From: Limnobacter sp. CACIAM 66H1
GTDB lineage: Bacteria > Pseudomonadota > Gammaproteobacteria > Burkholderiales > Burkholderiaceae_B
Length of the DNA: 64,000 nucleotides
Assembly (NCBI RefSeq): GCF_001601825.1
Contig: NZ_LUJK01000007.1
Location: 4,261-68,260, forward strand
Direction: 5' to 3'
The notes below the pieces were generated by a model that ran no database searches, was not told where the DNA came from, and saw only the letters and a list, made by a program, of their open reading frames with translations. Each line of letters opens with the position of its first letter. Position 1 is the stretch's first letter. The position numbers and the translations under genes are program-made. Of this stretch, positions 28,743-38,355 are shown piece by piece.

Positions 28743-29642
28743 ATGAAAAGGAATCTCCTCGCAGCAGCGTTGGCCGTGGCCAGTGTAGCCGCTGTTCAGC
28801 CCGCAGTTGCCCAAGATCTCACGGGTACTTTGAAAAAGATTTCCGAGACCAAAACCATCGTGGTGGGTTACCGTGAGTCCTCTGTTCCGTTTTCATACCT
28901 GGACAACAACCAAAAGCCGATCGGCTACCACATGGACATGTGCAACAAGGTTGTTGATGCGGTCAAAGCCAAGTTGAAAATGCCAAACCTGAATGTGCAA
29001 TTGCAACCAGTTACTTCTGCAAACCGCATCCCGTTGCTGCAAAACGGCACCATCGACATGGAATGTGGTTCTACCACCAACTCCGTGGCTCGTCAGGAAC
29101 AGGTTTCTTTCGCAAACAGCACCTTCATCACCAGCGTGAAAGTGGTCGTGAAGAAAAGCAGTGGCATTAAGTCACTGGCCGATCTGGATGGTCAACCCAT
29201 CGCGACAACTTCAGGTACCACCTCAGTTCAGTTGATCAAGCAAAACGAGAAGGGTGCAAACATCAACTTCAAGGAAATTTACGGCAAAGACCATGCTGAA
29301 AGCTTCCTGTTGGTGGCCAATGACCGTGCCAAGGCTTTCGTAATGGACGACATCCTGATTGCCGGTTTGGTTGCTCAAAGCAAAAATCCGGATGAGTTCA
29401 TGTTCTTGCCAGAAATTCTGCGCACAGAACCCTATGGCATCATGTTGCGCAAGGATGATCCTCAGTTCAAGGCATTGGTCGACGAGACTGTAAATAGCAT
29501 GATCAAGTCTGGCGAAGCTGAAAAGCTTTACGCGAAGTGGTTCATGAGCCCGATTCCACCGAAGAACGTCAACCTGAATTTCCCGATGTCTCCGCTGTTG
29601 AAGGAAGCATTCGCGAATCCAAACGACAAAGGCGTTAAATAA
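28743..29642 (+). CDS. gltI: Glutamate/aspartate ABC transporter periplasmic binding protein
   Basis: Signal peptide; motifs GYRESSVPFSY, NRIPLLQNGTIDMECGSTTN and EPYGIMLRKDD. Confidence 0.93.
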   Translation: MKRNLLAAALAVASVAAVQPAVAQDLTGTLKKISETKTIVVGYRESSVPFSYLDNNQKPIGYHMDMCNKVVDAVKAKLKMPNLNVQLQPVTSANRIPLLQNGTIDMECGSTTNSVARQEQVSFANSTFITSVKVVVKKSSGIKSLADLDGQPIATTSGTTSVQLIKQNEKGANINFKEIYGKDHAESFLLVANDRAKAFVMDDILIAGLVAQSKNPDEFMFLPEILRTEPYGIMLRKDDPQFKALVDETVNSMIKSGEAEKLYAKWFMSPIPPKNVNLNFPMSPLLKEAFANPNDKGVK

Positions 29643-29661
29643 ACTGCCCTAGTCAGTCACG

Positions 29662-29697
29662 GGCCGGCTGTGCGTTTCAAACGTGAGCCGGCCTTTT
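29662..29697 (+). terminator. Intercistronic terminator-like hairpin between gltI and gltJ
   Basis: GGCCGGCT...AGCCGGCC (8-bp stem plus inner CGTT/AACG pairing) followed by TTTT. Confidence 0.6.
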
Positions 29698-29737
29698 ACT
29701 TGTATTGGCCGAGAATATTGACTCGGGAGTATCCAAA

Positions 29738-30478
29738 ATGAATAGCGACCTGAATTGGCTGTTGTTTTTTCAGCCGATTGTGGAAGGCGAAACCCTGGTG
29801 TGGTGGGAAATGTTGTTTTCCGGCCTGCTGTGGACCCTTGCCACATCCGCAGTTGCGGGCGTCATTGCCTTCACTGTGGGTTCCTTGATGGGTGTTTTGC
29901 GCACCACCTCCAACAAGCCCTTGGCTTTTCTGGGCAATGCGTACGTGGAAATTTTCCGCAACATCCCTCTGATTGTCCAATTTTTTCTCTGGTATTTTGT
30001 GGTGCCAGAGTTCATCCCGGCCTTGAAAGATTGGTCGATTGAACAAGACCCCACCTTCGTGCAGTTTCTGGCCTCAGTAGTCTGTTTGGGCTTGTTTACA
30101 GCGTCCAGGGTGGCCGAGCAGGTCAAGTCGGGTATTTTGTCTCTGTCACGCGGGCAGCGTTCTGCGGGCTACGCTTTGGGCTTGACCGAAAGTCAGACCT
30201 ATCGCTTCGTGTTGTTGCCCATGGCCTACCGAATCATTGTTCCTCCCATGACCTCCGAGGCAATGAACCTGATTAAAAACTCCTCGGTGGCATTAACGAT
30301 TGGCCTGACTGAACTCACCTTCAGAACCCGTGAAATGGGCGAAGTCACCTTTGCGTTTTTTGAAGCTTACATTGCCGCCACTGTGTTGTACGTGATTGTG
30401 GCAATGACGGTGAACCGTGTCATGGCTTTGGTCGAACGCCGAACCGCTGTGCCCGGCTACATCACTGGAGGTAAATAA
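29738..30478 (+). CDS. gltJ: Glutamate/aspartate ABC transporter permease
   Basis: Motifs YVEIFRNIPLIVQ and the EAA loop AEQVKSGILSLSRGQ. GGGAG RBS. Confidence 0.9.
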   Translation: MNSDLNWLLFFQPIVEGETLVWWEMLFSGLLWTLATSAVAGVIAFTVGSLMGVLRTTSNKPLAFLGNAYVEIFRNIPLIVQFFLWYFVVPEFIPALKDWSIEQDPTFVQFLASVVCLGLFTASRVAEQVKSGILSLSRGQRSAGYALGLTESQTYRFVLLPMAYRIIVPPMTSEAMNLIKNSSVALTIGLTELTFRTREMGEVTFAFFEAYIAATVLYVIVAMTVNRVMALVERRTAVPGYITGGK

Positions 30479-31164
30479 TGAACAATTTTGACTTCAGTGC
30501 AATCACTACTTCATTGCCGTACCTCATGCAGGGTCTGGGTTATACGGTGCAGCTCACCGTGGTGGCCTGTTTGGGCGGTATTTTCTTTGGCACATTGTTG
30601 GCTTTGGCCCGTTTGTCTGGCATCAAGCCACTGGCCATGATCGCAGCGGGTTACGTCAACCTCATGCGTTCCATTCCCCTGATTCTGGTGATCTTCTGGT
30701 TCTATTTTCTGGTGCCGGTGGTCTTGCAGTCAGTCATGGGTTATGAACGCCCGCCACAAATTGGTCCTGACAGGTCTGCTTACATCACCTTCATCATGTT
30801 TGAAGCCGCATTTTTCTGCGAAATCATGCGGGCGGGTATTCAAAGTATTCCGAAAGGACAGGTGGCAGCCGCGCAGGCACTGGGTTTGAACTACCGTTTG
30901 ACCATGGCGAAAATTGTATTGCCACAGGCCTTCCGCAACATGCTTCCGGTGTTGTTGACTCAAACCATTATTTTGTTCCAAGACACATCGCTGGTGTATG
31001 TGTTGTCTGTAACCGATTTCCTGGGTGCTGCATCAAAAATTGCGCAGCGCGACAGCGCCTTGGTTGAGATGTACACCTTCGTAGCCTTGGTTTATCTGGC
31101 GATCTGTTTCAGCTTGTCCATGCTGGTCAAAGCGCTCCAGAGAAAAACTCAAATCATTCGATAA
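30478..31164 (+). CDS. gltK: Glutamate/aspartate ABC transporter permease
   Basis: Motifs RSIPL, EIMRAGIQSIPKGQ and LFQDTSLV. Translationally coupled to gltJ. Confidence 0.9.
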   Translation: MNNFDFSAITTSLPYLMQGLGYTVQLTVVACLGGIFFGTLLALARLSGIKPLAMIAAGYVNLMRSIPLILVIFWFYFLVPVVLQSVMGYERPPQIGPDRSAYITFIMFEAAFFCEIMRAGIQSIPKGQVAAAQALGLNYRLTMAKIVLPQAFRNMLPVLLTQTIILFQDTSLVYVLSVTDFLGAASKIAQRDSALVEMYTFVALVYLAICFSLSMLVKALQRKTQIIR

Positions 31165-31176
31165 CAGGAGAGCACT

Positions 31177-31905
31177 GTGATTGAAATCAATAAAGTAAGT
31201 AAGTGGTATGGCAGTTTCAGGGTGCTCACCAATTGCACAACCTCTGTCAAGAAAGGGGAAGTAGTGGTGGTGTGTGGTCCTTCCGGTTCAGGTAAATCTA
31301 CCCTGATTAAAACTGTGAACATGCTTGAGCCTTTTCAGGAAGGCACTATCACCGTAGATGGTGTTTCGGTGGGTGCCAAAGGTACAGATCTGCCCAAGTT
31401 GCGTTCACGTGTGGGCATGGTGTTTCAAAACTTTGAATTGTTCCCGCACTTGACCATCACCGAGAACCTGACCTTGGCACAAATCAAGGTACTGGGTCGA
31501 TCCAAAGAAGAGGCTGTTGCAAAAGGTTTGGGCTTGTTGGATCGGGTGGGTTTGAAGGCCCAAGCCGAGAAGTTTCCCGGGCAGTTGTCAGGTGGTCAGC
31601 AACAGCGGGTGGCGATTGCACGCGCATTGTCGATGGACCCGATTTGCATGTTGTTTGATGAACCCACCTCGGCGCTTGACCCTGAAATGGTGAACGAGGT
31701 TCTTGATGTGATGGTGGAATTGGCTCAGGAAGGCATGACCATGATGTGCGTAACCCACGAAATGGGTTTTGCTCGCAAAGTTGCAGACCGGGTTATTTTC
31801 ATGGATCAAGGCAATATTGTTGAAGACTGCACCAAAGAAGACTTTTTTGGTACACCACGCTCGGAGCGTGCGCAGTTGTTTCTCTCGAAAATTCTGGGTC
31901 ATTGA
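31177..31905 (+). CDS. gltL: Glutamate/aspartate ABC transporter ATPase
   Basis: Motifs [16 protein letters not shown] and [11 protein letters not shown]. Confidence 0.92.
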   Translation: MIEINKVSKWYGSFRVLTNCTTSVKKGEVVVVCGPSGSGKSTLIKTVNMLEPFQEGTITVDGVSVGAKGTDLPKLRSRVGMVFQNFELFPHLTITENLTLAQIKVLGRSKEEAVAKGLGLLDRVGLKAQAEKFPGQLSGGQQQRVAIARALSMDPICMLFDEPTSALDPEMVNEVLDVMVELAQEGMTMMCVTHEMGFARKVADRVIFMDQGNIVEDCTKEDFFGTPRSERAQLFLSKILGH

Positions 31906-31916
31906 TCCTGAGTTCT

Positions 31917-31949
31917 GTGCTGCCGGGGCTTGGGCTCTGGCGGCAGCAC
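31917..31949. terminator. GC-rich hairpin just after gltL (probable terminator)
   Basis: GTGCTGCCG-N15-CGGCAGCAC gives a 9-bp perfect stem. The U-tract is weak. Confidence 0.5.
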
Positions 31950-32214
31950 CTTGATTCAACGCTGCGCCTGGATGCGGGCGCGTGCTGAAGAATTCCCACC
32001 TAGCTAAGCTTGCCCAACCGCCTCGCCCAAGGTGATGTGCGCGGCTGTGGCCGTTTCTTCTCCCATCTGCAATGGATGCCGCAAGCGACATGCAAGCTTG
32101 TGCTGCATCGGCGATGTATCAGCGATAATCCCGCGTCGTTCCTTTGGGCCTTCACGCAAACGGGGCTTACGCAGGGTCAGGTGCTTGACTAGTATCACGC
32201 ACGCCGCACGCCAA

Positions 32215-33021
32215 TCAGCACTCACGTTTTTGCTGCATCAACTCCCGCGTCTTGGCATACTTCATAAAACTGTTAAAGCACCCAATTGCAATGTGAACCA
32301 GCCCGGGCCAGCCATCCAGAAAGCCCTTTCGCACCAGGTAAAACTTGATGAATCGCACCACCGGCGACAGCATTAGTTTTCCCAGCCCTGGCCATCTTCC
32401 GTGTGCTGCCAGGTGTTGTGCCTGGATACTGGTGTATCTGTTCTGTTTGGTCAGGTAACTTTCCAGGCTTTCAGCCGATTCGTGCAGCAAGTCGCCTTCA
32501 AGCTTTTCAAAACGTGTATCTGGAATTGTGCATTCCACTTTTTCATGGACTGCGTCATTGCTCCAGTTGGCCATCTTTCGGTTAAACAATCGGCGTGAAT
32601 AATCGGGATAACCCTCGCCATGGCGAAGGTAACGGCCTAAAAAGAAGTTACAGCGGGGCATGTCAAATCCGGCAACATCCACTGGTAAAAGCCCCTGTTC
32701 GGCTTGTTGCATGACCGCTCGAATACTGCGCTCCAGCTCAGGCGTTGCTCGTTCGTCTGCGTCCAGGCACAGTACCCAATCATAGGTAGCCTGTGTCACT
32801 GCAAACTGTTTTTGTGGACCAAATCCCAGCCAGTCTTGCTGCACAACCCGTGCACCGAATTTTTGCGCAATTTCAATTGTGTCATCCGTGCTATTGGAGT
32901 CCACCACCACCAAATCGGCACAAAATTGCAGGCTTTCCAAGGCTTTAGCTATTTGTTTGTCGGCATTCAAGGTGATCAGCACCGCGGAGAGGGCGATGCG
33001 GTTGTTGGCTGCAGTGTTCAA
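32215..33021 (-). CDS. Family 2 glycosyltransferase, LPS core (KdtX/WaaE-like)
   Basis: Motifs LSAVLITLN, VVVDSNSTDDT, GFGPQKQFA, LCLDADE and VHE. Divergent from waaC-waaA. Confidence 0.9.
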   Translation of the reverse strand: MNTAANNRIALSAVLITLNADKQIAKALESLQFCADLVVVDSNSTDDTIEIAQKFGARVVQQDWLGFGPQKQFAVTQATYDWVLCLDADERATPELERSIRAVMQQAEQGLLPVDVAGFDMPRCNFFLGRYLRHGEGYPDYSRRLFNRKMANWSNDAVHEKVECTIPDTRFEKLEGDLLHESAESLESYLTKQNRYTSIQAQHLAAHGRWPGLGKLMLSPVVRFIKFYLVRKGFLDGWPGLVHIAIGCFNSFMKYAKTRELMQQKREC

Positions 33022-33107
33022 ATTTATCGTTCCTTGGCTGAGCGGATTCGGATTGGCTACTCGCTTGCCGCTTACAATGATGCGGTTGCGATCAACCTAA
33101 GCGCTAG

Positions 33108-34073
33108 ATGAAGCGTATCTTAATTGTTAAGACCACTTCCATGGGAGATGTCATTCATGCCTTGCCGGTTTTGAATGATGTTCATACCCACGATCCCACC
33201 ATTCAGATCGACTGGATGGTGGAGGAGCCATTTGCGGATCTGGTGCGGGGCAGTCGCCATGTTCACGAAATAGTCCCGGTGAATTTACGCAAGTGGCGCA
33301 AGCTGGGGATTCGCCACACGTGGCAGCAATGGAAGTTGCTGAAAAACAAATTGGCTGACAGGCAGTACGATGCCATTGTTGATTTGCAGGGTTTGCTCAA
33401 AAGCGCACTGTTGGCCCGCGCTGCAAAGGGCACGCTAATGGGGCCAGGTTTCTCTTATGCGAAGGAAAGTCTGGCCTGCCTTTTTTATTCAAAGCGAGCT
33501 GGGTGGGATCCGCAGGCCCATGCAGTCGAGCGTCTTCGGGAGTTGGCCGCCGGGTTGTTTGGCTACCGTTTGTTTGGCAAGCCTGTGTTCTACGACATCA
33601 CTCCCCCAAAGGTACTTCCGACCATTCCCCGCGGAGCCGAGATCTGGTTTTTGCACGCCACTGCCCGAGACGAAAAAAAATGGCCGCTGGTGAAATGGCG
33701 TGAGTTGGCTCATCGATTTTCAGACCTGGGTTATTCAGTCAAACTGCCTTGGGGTAGTGAAGCGGAACACCAGCAGGCGGAAAAAATTGCGGCCGGCATT
33801 ACACGGGTTGAAGTACTGCCTCGCATGGCTTTGGGCGAATTGCGCCTTCGCCTTGAACGAGCTGGCCTGGTCATTGGTGTGGATACTGGTATAACGCATC
33901 TGGCAGCTGCGCATTATTTACCCATGGTTGCTTTGTTCTTTGCTACACCTGCATGGCGATTTGCGCCGCGCTTTAATCCTCATGCCATTAGTTTGGGTGA
34001 TGTAGGTCGAGAGCCTGCCGTGGGGGAGGTGTTCGAGGCGGCAACGCGTTTGCTACGGGGAAATAAACTTTGA
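33108..34073 (+). CDS. waaC: LPS heptosyltransferase I
   Basis: Motifs RILIVKTTSMGDVIH, DLQGLLKSA, HAVERLR, KLPWG and GVDTGITHLAAA. Confidence 0.9.
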   Translation: MKRILIVKTTSMGDVIHALPVLNDVHTHDPTIQIDWMVEEPFADLVRGSRHVHEIVPVNLRKWRKLGIRHTWQQWKLLKNKLADRQYDAIVDLQGLLKSALLARAAKGTLMGPGFSYAKESLACLFYSKRAGWDPQAHAVERLRELAAGLFGYRLFGKPVFYDITPPKVLPTIPRGAEIWFLHATARDEKKWPLVKWRELAHRFSDLGYSVKLPWGSEAEHQQAEKIAAGITRVEVLPRMALGELRLRLERAGLVIGVDTGITHLAAAHYLPMVALFFATPAWRFAPRFNPHAISLGDVGREPAVGEVFEAATRLLRGNKL

Positions 34074-35404
34074 GTGTGCGAGCTCGCGTCTTTTTGTGGC
34101 TTTACAGCCTGAGTCTTTTTCTGCTGCTGCCAGTGCTGGCTTTGTATCTGCTCAAACGCAGTGTGAGGCAGCCTGAGTATCGCCGAGGGTGGGGGCAGCG
34201 GTTCCTGGCGAGTCTGCCTGAGTTCAAGGCGGTTCCATCGGGTCAAAAGCGAATCTGGGTACATGCTGTTTCGGTGGGCGAAGCCCATGCCATTTCCCCT
34301 TTGGTACAGCACTGGGCCAAGGTTTATCCTCAGCATGAATGGGCCGTTTCCTGCACCACACCCACGGGTTTGGCCACTTGCCAACAGCTTTATTCGGCAT
34401 TGAACAGCGTTCAGTTCTTTTATCTGCCATACGATTTGCCCCATCTGGTTGCGCGAACATTCAAGCAAGTGCGCGCGAATTCATTGTGGGTTGTTGAAAC
34501 CGAGTTGTGGCCCAATCTGCTGTTGAGAGCAGCCAGGAGCAATGTTCATACGGCAGTGCTGAACGCGCGGGTATCACCCACCACTGGAAAGCGCTTGGTC
34601 CAGTTGGGGCTCGTGAGCAAACCTGTCTTGCGCAGTGTTGGCACCTTGATTGTCCAAACACAGGCCGATGCAGCTGTATTTGAGAAAATTGGGCGACCAG
34701 CGGATGCCGTGTGCGGCAACCTGAAATTTGATGTGGCGCTCAAGCCGGAGTTGGCCACCATGGGGCGCACCTGGCGGGAGGCTGCGCAGGCAGAGCAGGT
34801 GGTGTTGTTCGCCAGCAGTCGGGAGGGTGAAGAGGTCTTGTTGCTTGATGCCCTGAACCGAAGTCAGTTTTTCAAGCGCATGCCCAAAGCCAGTGTGTGG
34901 ATTGTACCGCGCCACCCTCAGCGGTTTGATGAGGTGTTTGAATTGATGGCAGAGGCAGCCACGCGGATGGGTGTGGCCCGTCCCGTACGTCGAAGTGCCT
35001 CGTTCAATGCAGGCAGCAATATTGCCTTGGCAGGTTTTGGGCAGGCCCGTTTGGTGCTGGGCGACTCCATGGGTGAAATGCCCGCGTATTACAGCGTGGC
35101 CGATCTGGCTTTGTTGGGGGGCTCGTGGTTGCCTTTTGGCGGGCAAAACCTGATTGAGGCTTGCGCTTATGGTTGCCCCGTGTGGATGGGGCCGAATACC
35201 TTTAATTTTGCCAAAGCAGCAGAGGATGCACTGTCAGCAAAAGCAGCCCGTCGGTTTGATAATTTACTGGCGGCTTGCGAATTTTATCTGAGTGATTTTC
35301 AGGGCAATCACGAGGCGAAGAAAGCGGCCTTTGCCTATGCGCGCAGTCACCGTGGGGCAACTCAGCGCAGCTTCGATGTGCTCAATCAATTGAATGACGT
35401 TTAG
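34070..35404 (+). CDS. waaA: 3-deoxy-D-manno-octulosonic acid (Kdo) transferase
   Basis: Motifs WVHAVSVGE, YLPYDLP, ETELWPN, GNLKFD, VPRHPQRF and GGQNLIE. Confidence 0.94.
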   Translation: MSVRARVFLWLYSLSLFLLLPVLALYLLKRSVRQPEYRRGWGQRFLASLPEFKAVPSGQKRIWVHAVSVGEAHAISPLVQHWAKVYPQHEWAVSCTTPTGLATCQQLYSALNSVQFFYLPYDLPHLVARTFKQVRANSLWVVETELWPNLLLRAARSNVHTAVLNARVSPTTGKRLVQLGLVSKPVLRSVGTLIVQTQADAAVFEKIGRPADAVCGNLKFDVALKPELATMGRTWREAAQAEQVVLFASSREGEEVLLLDALNRSQFFKRMPKASVWIVPRHPQRFDEVFELMAEAATRMGVARPVRRSASFNAGSNIALAGFGQARLVLGDSMGEMPAYYSVADLALLGGSWLPFGGQNLIEACAYGCPVWMGPNTFNFAKAAEDALSAKAARRFDNLLAACEFYLSDFQGNHEAKKAAFAYARSHRGATQRSFDVLNQLNDV

Positions 35405-35415
35405 GGATAGCGCGC

Positions 35416-36828
35416 TTATTGCAGCAGAAGTTGATTGATCTGTTTCAGCGATTCCGCGTTTAACTGCCCAGCCACAGCCTGCAGTTCGAGCATATTGATC
35501 AGGCTGCTGTACTTGGCCTTTGAGAGGTCACGCTGTGTGGCATTGAATTGTTGCTGAGCGTTCAAGACATCAACATTGATTCGAATGCCTATTTCATAGG
35601 CGGTTTTGTTGGATCGGAGTGCCAGTTCACTTGAGGCCAGTGCGGTTTCGAGGGCATTCACCTGTGCCAGGCTGGTTTGAACCCCCAGGAATGCCGACTT
35701 TGCAGCCTGTGTGGCATTTCTGCTTGCGAGTTCTACATTATTCATCGCTTTTTCCAACAATGCCGCTTGCTGGCGGACCTGACTTTGGGTAGCGCCACCG
35801 CTGAAAATAGGAATATTCATCACCAGACCGATGGTGGTGCTGTCCACACCCAAGTCAAAAGGGCGTCCACTGTTGCCATCAAAAATCTGCTGCTCGGTTT
35901 CAACCATTTGGGCAGTCAAGTCCAGGGTTGGCAAATGGCCATACTTGGCCTTGTTACTTTCGCCTTGGGCGATGAGTCTGGCGAGCCTCGCTTGCTGGGT
36001 TCTCAGATTGTTGTTTCGGGCTTGCTCGGCCCACGCTTCGGCGGTATTTGGCGCAGGGGCGCTGAGTTGCGTCGAGGGTGCGAGAGCAGCCAGTTCATTG
36101 ACAGGCATGCCCACAATGGTTTCGATTTGGAGTCTGCGCTGAGCCAGCTGGTTGCGCGCGGCCAGTTCCTGGGCCACGGTCAGGTCAAATCGTGCCTGAG
36201 CCTCTTGTTGGTCTGTCACAGTGGCATTGCCCACCTCAAAATTGGCTTTCGCCAAGGCCAGCTGCTCGGTAATAGCGGCTTTTTGATCATCAATGCTGGC
36301 CAAGTCGTCTTGCGCGGCCAATAAATCGAAATAAGCGCGAGTGAGTCGCAAAACCAGGTCTTGTTCGGCTTGCTGAAAGCTGAGCTTGGCAACTTCTCCG
36401 CTTAATTGGCTTTGCTTGTAGGTTTCCCAGGCTTGAGGGCGAAACAGTGCCTGGTTGAGTACCAGGCTGTAGGTGCCGGGATTGCGGCTGGCGTCAATCG
36501 ACATGCCAAACGCATCGTAGGTGTTGTCTTGTTTCTCAATACGTGCCCCGAAGTTGACGTTGGGCAGCAGGGCTGAAAATGCCTGGTTTTCAGTCTCAAG
36601 GTCAGCCTGCAATTGAGAAGCTGCTGCCCGAAAGGCCGGGTCATTCTGTTTGGCCAGGTTGAAGAGCGCAAGCAGATTTTGAGGGCTTGAGTGATCGGTG
36701 GTCAGGCCTTCTTGGGCCCCAGCCAGGTTGCCCGCGATCGCCAAACCCAGCATGCCCACCAATCCCAGCAGCCAATGTTTGAAGCCCGATGTACGTCGTT
36801 TGATTACGGGTTGATCGGGCTGGGTCAT
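35416..36828 (-). CDS. tolC: TolC-family outer membrane efflux channel
   Basis: Motifs LLALFNLAKQNDP, LLPNV, NFEVG...TD..EAQARFD, PIFSGG and YEIGIR...DVLNAQ. Downstream of pcm. Confidence 0.92.
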   Translation of the reverse strand: MTQPDQPVIKRRTSGFKHWLLGLVGMLGLAIAGNLAGAQEGLTTDHSSPQNLLALFNLAKQNDPAFRAAASQLQADLETENQAFSALLPNVNFGARIEKQDNTYDAFGMSIDASRNPGTYSLVLNQALFRPQAWETYKQSQLSGEVAKLSFQQAEQDLVLRLTRAYFDLLAAQDDLASIDDQKAAITEQLALAKANFEVGNATVTDQQEAQARFDLTVAQELAARNQLAQRRLQIETIVGMPVNELAALAPSTQLSAPAPNTAEAWAEQARNNNLRTQQARLARLIAQGESNKAKYGHLPTLDLTAQMVETEQQIFDGNSGRPFDLGVDSTTIGLVMNIPIFSGGATQSQVRQQAALLEKAMNNVELASRNATQAAKSAFLGVQTSLAQVNALETALASSELALRSNKTAYEIGIRINVDVLNAQQQFNATQRDLSKAKYSSLINMLELQAVAGQLNAESLKQINQLLLQ

Positions 36829-36841
36829 GAGTCCCGTGTCC

Positions 36842-37510
36842 TTAGAATACGAATTCGTTGGCTTTGGGTGCGTTGATCAACACCTTGGTCATGGTTTCAA
36901 ACAAAGGTGTGGTGATCAGTTGACCGTCACGGGACTTGCGGGCCAGCACCAGTTGCATGGCAGGTGCCTGGCCAATCACGGCCATCAGGCGTCCAAGCGG
37001 GTTGACCGCTTCCAGCAAGCCAGTGGGCATGATGGGCGAGCCACCGGACAGCACGATCGCGTCGAATTGACCGAGTGTCGGGGCCAACTGAAATCCACAG
37101 CCTTCAATCACCTTCACTCGGGTAATGCCGTTTTTCTTCAAATTGTTGCGGGCCATTTCCGCGATGGCCGGATTCAGCTCTATGGTCGTGACGTGGGCAC
37201 ATTGTTGCGCCATGAGAGCAGCCATGTAACCCGTACCTGTACCGATTTCCAGAACCTTTTCATGCACACCGAGCTCTAGATCCTGAAGAATGCGAGCTTC
37301 CATTTTTGGGCTGAACATGGCCTCGCCCGTGTCGGTGCCATTGACGCGAATCGGCAGATCACAATCAGTGAACGCCAGTTTTTCAAGCCCGGCACACACA
37401 AAATTCTCGCGTTTGATCATTTCAAGCAAATCTAGCACCTTCTGGTTCAACACGTTCCAGGGGCGGATTTGTTGTTCAATCATATTGAAGCGGGCTTTCT
37501 CGAAGTCCAT
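36842..37510 (-). CDS. pcm: Protein-L-isoaspartate O-methyltransferase
   Basis: Motifs EKARFNMIEQQIRPW and the SAM-binding VLEIGTGTGY. Confidence 0.92.
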   Translation of the reverse strand: MDFEKARFNMIEQQIRPWNVLNQKVLDLLEMIKRENFVCAGLEKLAFTDCDLPIRVNGTDTGEAMFSPKMEARILQDLELGVHEKVLEIGTGTGYMAALMAQQCAHVTTIELNPAIAEMARNNLKKNGITRVKVIEGCGFQLAPTLGQFDAIVLSGGSPIMPTGLLEAVNPLGRLMAVIGQAPAMQLVLARKSRDGQLITTPLFETMTKVLINAPKANEFVF

Positions 37511-37559
37511 GGCGGGTTCTCGCGTGGGTAAATTGGGTAACTCGCTATTTTAGCAAATT

Positions 37560-38213
37560 TTATGCAACACGCGCTGTGTGCGGGCAGGTCAAACCGTTCA
37601 GCACCATTTGAATATGCGCTTCAATGTAGCGCATGGGGTTGGTTTCTACGCCGCAGCAACCATCCATGGTTCGCTTCCACAATCCAAGGGTGACCAAGGG
37701 TGCACAGAGCACTTGGGCGGCGTATTCGGTGTCGATGTCGGTAAACTCTCCGCGGGAGATACCACGTTTGAGCACTGATTCGAGGTAGTCCCACCAAGGC
37801 CGCACCACCTCGTCGTAGAAAAATCGAGCCAGCTCAGGAAAAGCATTGGCTTCGGAAAGTACGATTTTTGTAATGCTGCTGAGTTTGGTAGACCCGTATT
37901 TCAACCACCACAGGTGGATGGCCTCCCTGATCAGCGTGGCAGAGCTTTTCTCGGGCTCCAGAAGGCTTTTTGCCTCCTCCACGATGGGTGAAACATGTTC
38001 TTTCACCACGGCTTTCAGCAATTCCTCTTTGTTGGAGTAATACAGGTAAACCGTGCCTTTACTGACGCCAGCGCTTTTGGCCACGTCTTCGAGGCGGGCT
38101 CCTGAGAAACCCTTTTCGCTGAAAATGGTGAGTGCAGCATCGAGTAGTTCTTGTGGGCGCTCTTGTTTTCTACGCGTCCAACGGGGTTGAGCATTCGCCA
38201 GACATTGCTTCAT
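37560..38213 (-). CDS. TetR/AcrR-family regulator upstream of pcm-tolC
   Basis: RRKQERPQELLDAA...ARLEDVAKSAGVSKGTVYLYY. The start is uncertain (38213 or 38261). Confidence 0.9.
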   Translation of the reverse strand: MKQCLANAQPRWTRRKQERPQELLDAALTIFSEKGFSGARLEDVAKSAGVSKGTVYLYYSNKEELLKAVVKEHVSPIVEEAKSLLEPEKSSATLIREAIHLWWLKYGSTKLSSITKIVLSEANAFPELARFFYDEVVRPWWDYLESVLKRGISRGEFTDIDTEYAAQVLCAPLVTLGLWKRTMDGCCGVETNPMRYIEAHIQMVLNGLTCPHTARVA

Positions 38214-38355
38214 AGGTGTACATCTTTTTTTAGAGTGGTTGATTGCACTATAGTGGTTCATTCTTCACCGAGTCAACGTGGTAAGCCCAAATCGGTGCTT
38301 GTTGGGTTGTAGAATATGTCGGTTTGGTAAATCTTGGAATTTCGGAGAATTCAGC

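Noticed and set aside
31906-32214. Possible RNase P, SRP, tmRNA or 6S RNA gene
   Set aside because: The hallmarks are missing on both strands: no GAGGAAAGTCC (RNase P), no CAGG-GNRA-AGCA helix (SRP), and no GGGG..ACCA acceptor ends or ANDE-type tag (tmRNA). The region is kept only as an unknown candidate.
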